From Alphaproteobacteria bacterium (GTDB taxonomy: Bacteria > Pseudomonadota > Alphaproteobacteria > Bin95), in NCBI GenBank assembly GCA_963665325.3, contig CAXXWS020000004.1, forward strand, positions 288,001 to 352,000: a stretch of DNA of 64,000 bases, in the 5' to 3' direction. Made by a program: the position numbers and the translations under genes. Within the stretch, counting starts at the first letter, position 1, and each line of letters opens with the position of its first letter. Under the pieces are notes generated by a model. The model was not told where the DNA came from. It made no database searches and saw nothing but the letters and a program-made list of their open reading frames with translations. Positions 42,718 to 50,700 of this stretch are shown here, in pieces.

Positions 42718-43367
42718 TCGTATAGCCTCTGGATGCGCTCCGGCGCCATGCCGGCCAGGAACAGCGAGAGGCAGGCGAGATTGCGCAGCGGCCGGCGCCA
42801 GTAACCGTCGCGGCGATAGCGGATGGCCGACGTCACGACCTCCGCGTCGAGTTCGTCCAGCCGGCGTCGGCCGATGCGGCGGACCAGGTCCACATCCTCC
42901 ATCAGCGGCATGTCGCGATAGCCGCCGACCGCGTCGTAGAGCGCGCGCGGCAGGACCAGCCCCTGGTCGCCGTAAGGCAGGCCGAAACGCCGGGCGCGCC
43001 AGTTCGCAAGCCGCTCGATGCGCCGCGCCGCCGGTGCGGGATCGTCGAGGCGCAGGCGGAACCAGCCGGCGCGCCCGTCCATCGGGAGCGCTACCGGCCA
43101 GTCCGGCCCGAGACGGGAATCGGCATGAAGCACCAGCAGCCACGGCGCGCTAGCGGCCGCCACGCCGGCGCGCAACTGGTGGCCGCGCCCTCTCGGCGCC
43201 TCGATCAGACGCACGCCGGTCGCCTCTGCGATTTCCACTGTCCCGTCGGTCGAGCCGCCGTCCGCGACCACAATTTCCTCGATCCGGTCTCGCCCCGGCG
43301 CCAGCGAGTCCAGCGCGGCCGGCAGGCCGGCGGCAGCATTCAGGGTCGGGATCACGACCGCAAGCAT
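42714..43367 (-). CDS. GT2 glycosyltransferase, TIGR04283 family
   Basis: VVIPTLN, DGGSTDGT, LHADS, PYGDQGL, PLMEDV, TSAIRY. Confidence 0.88.
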   Translation of the reverse strand: MLAVVIPTLNAAAGLPAALDSLAPGRDRIEEIVVADGGSTDGTVEIAEATGVRLIEAPRGRGHQLRAGVAAASAPWLLVLHADSRLGPDWPVALPMDGRAGWFRLRLDDPAPAARRIERLANWRARRFGLPYGDQGLVLPRALYDAVGGYRDMPLMEDVDLVRRIGRRRLDELDAEVVTSAIRYRRDGYWRRPLRNLACLSLFLAGMAPERIQRLYE

Positions 43368-43422
43368 GGCCTCCGCCTATAGCCGCGCCCGCCCGCGCCG
43401 TCCACGGCCAGCCCAGCGGGAC

Positions 43423-43943
43423 TGTCATGAAGTGTCATGTTTTGTCATGAGGCGCCGCCCGTCCGCCGGCCTCTTCCCGGCCTGGGCAAGGAGAGGACCC
43501 CTGCGATGCGTCATGAGATGTGATGATCTGTATGCGCACGGCGTATCGACGGTGGCCCGTGCCGGCATGAAGCAGCGGTTTCGGGCGGGGACTCAGGGTA
43601 TTTCGCCCGGTTTCTCCGACTTATCATCTTTGGCATGGGTTGCTCCGTCTGATCCGGTTATGTTCCATTCGTGCCGACGACGGCTCGCCGTGCAGCGGGT
43701 CCCTAGTTTCGCGCGTATCGCGTGCGGGCGCGGGCGGGTGTCAGCGCCGGCGCGGTTCGCGCGCCTGATTGCGCCCGCGCGCAAGGCAAGTGCGGGGCGC
43801 ACTTATCCCGTGCGTTCCGTTGGGGTTTTTTCGCGCCGGCGCAAGGCAACAGGCGAAGCGGCCCGCGGATACCGCTTCCTCCTGACCCATCATACCACAG
43901 TTTCTCTGAGGTCAAGTTGTTCCTGGTAATTTTTCTTAATTGC
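43423..43943 (-). repeat. Dispersed structured element copy B
   Basis: Reverse complement aligns with 26248-26693; TTGACC (43915-43910) and TG-n-TATGAT (43897-43889) at the head; GTCATG at 43424/43434/43444 at the tail. Confidence 0.8.
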
Positions 43944-43964
43944 CCGAACGAGGCGCAATTACCG

Positions 43965-44170
43965 CTAGAGCGGAATCCGTTCGAATTGAACCGAAACTGG
44001 AACCGAATCCAAGACCGTCACCCCGGCCCCCGAGCCGGGGTCCAGAACCGCTTTCGAAACCTGGTCAAGCCCCGGTAGACTGGACCCCGGATCTCCGCTC
44101 CGCTCCGTCCGGGATGACAACCGGAGTTGCATATCCGGTCCCGGTTCAGCTCGAACGGACCGTGCTCTAG
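43965..44170. mobile_element. MITE-like element with CTAGAGC termini and internal REP-like palindrome
   Basis: Imperfect ~37-bp terminal inverted repeats CTAGAGCGGAATCCGTTCGAATTGAACCG / CGGTTCAGCTCGAACGGACCGTGCTCTAG; inner GTCACCCCGG...CCGGGATGAC element about 44017-44119. Confidence 0.7.
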
Positions 44171-44856
44171 AAACTGTATCTCAGCGAAAGGACCGTCTTC
44201 GTTTCCTCGATGTCCAGGAAACTTGCGCCGTCGAGAGACACCCGGGCCTTCGCATGGTTGAGGCCGAGATTCGCCGACAGTCCCCGCGCGATATCGTATT
44301 GAGCGCCCAGCGCGGCGGACGCCTCGTCCTTGCCCTCGATACGGCCGGCCTGGCCTTCGAGCGAGAGTGTCAGTGCGCCCGTTTTCGTGCGCACGCCGGA
44401 GGAGACATACCAGCGGTCCGTGTCGGGTCCCTTCGTCGAAAAATGCTCATAGCCGGCGCCTGCATCGACCGTGGTGCTGCCGTAGATGACTTCGCCGACA
44501 ACGCCGAAACCCCTGGTATCGAACCTCGGCCCGCCGGCCGGGGTATAGGCGCCTTCCGCCGCCCGCAGGGTCGCCCGCCAGTCCCTGGTGCCCGCCGGGC
44601 GCTGGAAGGTCGCGCCGAGGTCCAGGTCTCCTTCCTCGTCGACCGCCGCGCCGACCACCCATGGGCCGAAGCGTCCTGTGTATCCGGCGCTCGTTTCCTC
44701 GAGCTCGCCCAGGAAGCCGTCGAAGGCCAGCACGGCATTGCCGGCTCCGCGCGTGCGGCGCGTCAGTTCGCGCACGGCGCCCGAAACATTGCCGCCCAGC
44801 ACGGTGCCCCAATAGCTGGCGACCGACAGCGCCGCGTTGTCGGTGTGGACCTTCAA
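44167..44856 (-). pseudogene. C-terminal part of an outer-membrane beta-barrel (porin-like) protein
   Basis: Amphipathic strands ending in LSLRYSF; no signal peptide; 5' end abuts an AT-rich tract. Confidence 0.6.
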
Positions 44857-45231
44857 TAGAAGGATCTCAAGTTCGGACTATCTGACGCAGGGTCGCTTTC
44901 CCTCCCTGATAAGTCCTTTGAATAGAATGCCTTGATGGCATTGTCAAGGATATATTTTGAAGACACTGAGGACAACAATTATCGAAGCTGTGTGGCCGAT
45001 TTATGGTATCCGGGGAACTGGACAGTGTGGATAGAGGTGGGATCGAAGTGGTCTGGATGACATGCTGTCGCTGATTTTTTCTGGACCATAGGTAACGACG
45101 TATGTACGATGCGCCAGTGGGATGGGAGAAGCTCGCATGCGGACCGAAACAGGAGATTTATCATTAGTTATCTCATACAAGGATAGCCGTGTGTTGCGGA
45201 GTGGGGGCTCCGTTTCATGCCGGAGGCGTCC

Positions 45232-45603
45232 ATGAGCGACGGGGAGGAAGGGCGTCGCCAGCGCGCGGTGATGGCGACCGACGAGGAATGGGAGCGCGTC
45301 GGGCGCAGGGCCGCGGCGAGCGGCATGGAGCTCTCGCGCTTCGTGATCCATCGCGCGCTTGCGACGGACATGCTGCCGCCGGAAGTCCTGCGCCGGGCGG
45401 TGCGCCAGGCGCTGGCGATGTCGCTGCTGGAGGAGCGGCGGCTGCGCGAGGCGGGCCTGGGCGCTGTCTGGGAGGACGCCTGCGACACGGTGGACGAGTG
45501 GATCGACCGGGAGGGCATGCTGGACCGCCTGACCGATCCCGGCGCGGCCAACCGCTGGAAGGCGGTGGGGCGGGAGCCGGAGGACGAGGAGGAGGAGTCG
45601 TGA
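45232..45603 (+). CDS. Ribbon-helix-helix (MobC/NikA-like) protein 1
   Basis: RQRAVMATDEEWERVGRRAAASGMELSRFVIHRAL; RBS GGAGG. Confidence 0.65.
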   Translation: MSDGEEGRRQRAVMATDEEWERVGRRAAASGMELSRFVIHRALATDMLPPEVLRRAVRQALAMSLLEERRLREAGLGAVWEDACDTVDEWIDREGMLDRLTDPGAANRWKAVGREPEDEEEES

Positions 45604-45911
45604 CGGAAGAGGCGGCGCGTCCGCTCAGGCGCCAGCGGAGCCTGCATTGCACGCCGGCGGAGCAGGCGATGATCCGGGAGAAGGCGGCGGAGGCCGGCAA
45701 GCCGGTGTCGCGCCATGTGCTCGACCTTGCGCTTGCCGACGACCCGGACCGCCACCCCCTGGTGCTGACGGAGGAGGAGCAGCGGGAGCTGCTTGACGGC
45801 ATTCGCGAGGTGGGGGCGTTCGTGCTGGCGCTGAGGCGCGAGCTTCCGGGCGGCAGCGGGCTCAGCCTGCTGGGGGCGATCTCCCTGCTGGCAGGGGAGT
45901 GGAGCCGATGA
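45600..45911 (+). CDS. Ribbon-helix-helix (MobC/NikA-like) protein 2
   Basis: RQRSLHCTPAEQAMIREKAAEAGKPVSRHVLDLAL; GTGA overlap with the previous gene. Confidence 0.65.
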   Translation: MTEEAARPLRRQRSLHCTPAEQAMIREKAAEAGKPVSRHVLDLALADDPDRHPLVLTEEEQRELLDGIREVGAFVLALRRELPGGSGLSLLGAISLLAGEWSR

Positions 45912-46363
45912 GGCAGGCCAGGCGGGGCCGCAGGGCGAGGCCGTCCTCGAAGCATATCTCGATCTCGGCGTGGGACAGCGAGTGGGAGACGGTGCGCCGG
46001 CATGCGGACCGGCGGGGGCTGTCGATCGCGCGCTACCTTGTGGGTCTGGTGGAGCGCGGCGGCCCGGAGGAGATCGCGGGACCGGTTCTTGCGCTCGATG
46101 CGGCCGAGCAGCGGGAACTGCTGGCAGCGGTGCGGGAGGTCCGGTCGCTGATGCTGGAGGGAGCGGATGCGGCGCCTCTCGTGCGGGACATGCAGGAGCG
46201 GGTCGCGGTGCAGTTCGCGTCCTGGATGTCGGCCATGGCCAGCGCAGGCCGCGGGAAGGAGTTGCACGCCGCACTCGCCTCGGTGCTCGGCGAGGCCCGC
46301 GCCCGGCTTGTCGCCGCCCCGGTCATGCCGGCTGCCGCCGGGACGGCGGACCCGCCGTCGTGA
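45908..46363 (+). CDS. Ribbon-helix-helix (MobC/NikA-like) protein 3
   Basis: KHISISAWDSEWETVRRHADRRGLSIARYLVGLV; ATGA overlap. Confidence 0.6.
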   Translation: MRQARRGRRARPSSKHISISAWDSEWETVRRHADRRGLSIARYLVGLVERGGPEEIAGPVLALDAAEQRELLAAVREVRSLMLEGADAAPLVRDMQERVAVQFASWMSAMASAGRGKELHAALASVLGEARARLVAAPVMPAAAGTADPPS

Positions 46364-47024
46364 CGGCCCCGGCGTTCCGGGCGTTTCGCGCCACGCCGGC
46401 GCCGTTGCCACGGACGCCGGATAACGGCGGCGGTACGGACGGTTCGATAGCCGGTCATACAGCCGCGAGGTACGGCATGCGGGTTGTCATTGCACTATAT
46501 ATTGAACACATGAATATCGTTCATATGTCTTCGATAACACATTTCATGAAAAAGATTAAATGGATAGAAAGATTATATAGCGCCCACATAACACCGCTAT
46601 CGAGCGCATGCGATTTCGCCTGCCCGGGCGAGAGGGTGAAACGGCCGCTCGCGAAGAATGCGCCGCGGCGCGCGGCGCGCGGCGCGTGCCATCGCCACGA
46701 AGATTATGTGGCGATTACATGGTCGATCATGCAGTCGGCGGATGCGGCATGGGCGGCTTGCTCCGCTCATGCATGTTTCGCAGAAGTGTCGTTCCTGTGT
46801 CTTGCGGCCGGCCACGAGATTACAGGGATTTCGGGCATGCGTATGTCGCCGGTATGTGGCACGGAGTCTCTATCGTGGCGCGGTCTTCGCCGGACCGTAC
46901 GGGACGGAGAGAGGCCATGTTCATCCAGGAAGCGGCGGCATGGAACGGTGAGTTCGACATCCAGGGGCCGGATTGTCACCAACGATGCCGGGCGCCCGGC
47001 GATGAAGAGGAGATTGAGGGAACG

Positions 47025-47708
47025 ATGACGACGGGACATGACGACACCGGCCGGCGGGACGGCGGGCGGAACCTCCTGGCGCCTCTTCCGGGGGACCGGG
47101 CGGCGCCGGGCCGCGATCCGGCCGGGTCCGAGGCGCTGCTGACGGCGGTGCTGGAGATGCGGGAGGAACAGGCCAGGTTTCGGAAGGAGGTGCGGGAAGA
47201 GCTGGCGGGGCTGCGGAACGAGGCGCAGGCGGATCGACCCGAGCCGGTCACGGGCGACGCGCTGGACGCCTGGAGCGGGGCGTTGCTGGAGAAGATCGGC
47301 GAGATGGTTCCGAAGGAGACCGAAGCCGGCGACGCCATGACGGAGCATGCCGGAAGGATGGAGGCGGCGGCCGAACGGATCGACGCGGGGCTGGAGCGGA
47401 CCGCGAAGCGCTTCTCGGCGGACGTTGCGGGGATGGAGAAGTGGCTTGCGGAGGACCGTTCGGCGATCCGGGCATCGATGAGCGGGATCGAGAGCGCCGC
47501 GGCGCGCATTGAGGCCGGGCTCGGCGAATTCCACAAACGGGCCGACAGCCGGTTCAACGATATCGCCTCGGTCGCTTCCGACACGCTGCGTAAGGTCCGG
47601 ACGTTGCAAATCAAGTGGCAGGCATTGCTCTCGCCCTGGGCGGCTGTTGTCTTCATTATGGGCATCGTCTTTGCCAACACCCTCAAACTGGTCGATCGGC
47701 TGTTATGA
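47025..47708 (+). CDS. Coiled-coil protein with C-terminal membrane anchor (putative mobilization accessory)
   Basis: RBS GAGGG before ATG 47025; helical charged body; terminal WAAVVFIMGIVFA. Confidence 0.65.
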   Translation: MTTGHDDTGRRDGGRNLLAPLPGDRAAPGRDPAGSEALLTAVLEMREEQARFRKEVREELAGLRNEAQADRPEPVTGDALDAWSGALLEKIGEMVPKETEAGDAMTEHAGRMEAAAERIDAGLERTAKRFSADVAGMEKWLAEDRSAIRASMSGIESAAARIEAGLGEFHKRADSRFNDIASVASDTLRKVRTLQIKWQALLSPWAAVVFIMGIVFANTLKLVDRLL

Positions 47709-47770
47709 GGCCATTGCCCGCTTGCCGTTGCCTGCCGCCGCCGCCGTCGGCTGCGTGTTAGGCCGGCCGC

Positions 47771-50700
47771 ATGGTCGCGACGTTCGTCGAGCTCCGTTCC
47801 TCCGCGGTGACGGTGTCCTATTTCGAGCGGGACGGCTACTACGCGAGGAACGACCCGGAGCACCGGCAGGCGAGTTTCTGGCACGGGGGCGCGGCTGAGG
47901 CGCTGGGGCTCGGGGGCCATGTGCGCCCGAAGCGGTTCGAGTCGGTTCTGGCGGGGTTCGTGCCGGGGACGGACATCCGGCTCGGTCGGATGCGCGAGGG
48001 CGAGCGCGTTCACCGGCCCGGCTGGGACCTCACCTTCTCGGCGCCGAAGTCTGTGTCGATCGAGGCTCTGGTGATGGGCGACCGGCGGGTGATCCGGGCG
48101 CATGACGAGGCAGTGCGCGCGACGCTCGACTGGGTGGAACGGGACCTGTTGCAGACGCGGGGGTGGGATGCGGTGACGCGGCGGCGCCCGCGGGTGAAGG
48201 CCGGCGGCATGGTCGCGGCCGGGTTCCGGCACCTGACCAGCCGCGACCGGGACCCGACGCTGCACACGCACTGCGTGCTGGCCAACATGACGCGCAATGC
48301 GGACGGCCAGTGGCGCAGCGTCGAGCCGACGGCCATCAAGTGGAACAAGAAGCTGATCGGGTCCTATTACCGCAACGAGCTGGCGCGGCGGCTGGAGGCG
48401 CTCGGCATGGCGGTCGCGCCGCGGCTGGTCGGACGCATCCCGGGCTTCGAGCTTGCGGGCTACTCGCGCGACTTCGTCGAGGCGTTCTCGGCCCGGCGGC
48501 TGGCGATCGAGGCCGACCTGAAGCGCAACAAGCTGCCATACACGGCGAAGAATGCGCAGGCGGCGGCGCTGCGCACCCGCAGGCGCAAGAGCGAGGAGAG
48601 CCTGGCGGACCTCGTGCCGGAATGGCGCGCGCGGGTCCGCGAGCTGGGCCTCGTGCGCGAGAAGGCGGCGCTGGCGCCGCCCCGGCCGCTGGACCCGCTG
48701 ACGGGAGAGCGGACGGCGCGGCCATGCATGCCGGCGCTCGATGCGACGGCGAACGAGCTGAGGCGGCAGAGGCGCGCGCCGGCCCTGCCGAAGCTGGTGC
48801 GCGACGGGGCGGCGGTCCGGGCGGACAAGGCGTCCCTGCGGCTGGCGCGCTCGACGGCGCGGGCGGAACTCTCATATGAGCCGGCGCCAGGCCTGCTGGA
48901 AGCGGTGGCGCGCGCGGTGGCGCATGTCGAGGAACGGCGGGTGCGCATCCCGGAGGCGGAGATAAGGGCCGTCGCGCTCGGCCATGCGCCGGGGCGCTAC
49001 ACGCTGGCAGAGGTCGATACCGCCACCGCACGCCTGGTGCGGAGCGGCGAGCTGGTCGAGACCGATAGCCGGGGCGCTGACCGGGCCTTCATCACCGACC
49101 GCGCGGTCAAGACCGAGCGGCGCATGCTGGCGGCGATGCGCGCGGCGCGCGGCGAGGGGCGGGCCGAAGCGGACCCGGACACGGTCGCCGCACGGCTCCG
49201 GCAAAGCGGCCTCACAAGCGGCCAGCAGCAGGCGGTGCGCACGGTCCTGCTCTCCCGCGACCGGATCGTGGGCGTGCAGGGCCATGCCGGCAGCGGCAAG
49301 ACCACCATGCTGCGCACGGTTAAGGAGTTGCTGGACGGCAGGACGATCATGGGCCTTGCGCCCTCGGCGTCGGCGGCCAGGGTTCTGGCAAGGGAGGCGG
49401 ACATCCCGTCCCGGACACTGCAATGGTTCCTCACCCGCCACGGGGACCTATCCGATCCCGCGCGGCTCGCCCGGGCGCGGGCCGAGTTCGGGCGCGCGGT
49501 GCTGGCGGTGGATGAGGCCTCGATGATCGACACGGTGCGCATGGAGGCGCTGCTCCGGATCGCGCGCAATCTCGGCGTGGCCCGCATTGTCCTTGTCGGC
49601 GACACGGCGCAGCTGCGCGCCGTCGATGCGGGCCAGCCCTTCCGGGTGCTGCAGAAGGCCGGCATGGCGACGGCGGTCATGGACGAGGTGCTGCGCCAGA
49701 AGGACCCGGAACTGAAGACGGCGGCGGGCCGCGCCCGGGAAGGCGAGCCGGGGGCGGCGATCCGGGAACTCGGCCCGCGTGTGCATGAACATTCCCGCGA
49801 GGAGCTCGGCCCGGATGCGGGCCGGCGCTGGCTGGCGCTATCGCCGGAGGAGCGCGCCGACGCCCTCATCCTGGCGCCGACCCATGCGATCCGCCGGCAG
49901 GTGAACGAGACCGTGCGCGAGGGGCTGGAGGCGGAGGGGCTGCTGCACGGGCGCGCGCTGGCGATCGACCGCCTTGTGGACCGCCGCCTGACGCGCGCGC
50001 AGGCCTCCGACATACGCAGCTACGAGCCGGGCGACACGGTGGTCTTCCATCGTGATGTGTTCGGCTGCCGGGCGGGCGACGTCTGCATGGTGACGGGCAA
50101 GGATGAGGGGCATGTGGCGATGGCCGGTCCGGACGGCGGCGAGCGCCGGTTCCGGCCCTCGGGCAATGCGGCGGCATATCTCGGGCTCTACGACACCGAG
50201 CGGATCGAGGTCATGACGGGCGACCGTATCCGCTGGACCCGCAACCGCAAGGCGCCGCCCGCAAGGTTCGGCCACCCGCGCCAGCCGGACCTGGTAAACG
50301 GCGGCGAGGCGGAGATCGTGGAGATTGACCGCCAGCGGGTGCTGTTCCGCGACGATGCGGGGCGGACGTTCCCGCTCCGGCGCAAGGACCCCCAGCTTCG
50401 CCACCTGGACCACGCGTATTGCTCCACCGTGCATGGCGCGCAGGGCCGCACCGCGCGCGCCGTCATCGCGGTGCTGGACGCGCATGGCGCCGTCGACCAG
50501 GCGATGTTCCATGTCGAGGTCAGCCGGGCCTCGGAGTCGTTCCAGCTGCTGACCGACGACCGCGAGGCGCTGGTGGAGATGCTGGAGGCGCGCCCCGACC
50601 GCGAGGACGGCGCGCTGGAGGCGCTGGGCCTCGACCCGGCCGCGCTTCCCGTCGTCGAGCCGGAACTGTTCGAGGCGCTGGCGGCGGACTGGCGCACCCT

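Noticed and set aside
44936-44960. GTCAAGGATATATT resembling a T-DNA border / MOBP nic site
   Set aside because: The core differs (CAAGGATAT vs CAGGATAT), the rest of the border is absent, and the local relaxase is MOBF.
46608-47024. N-terminal extension of the 366-aa ORF
   Set aside because: The composition does not look coding; a good RBS and ATG lie at 47025.
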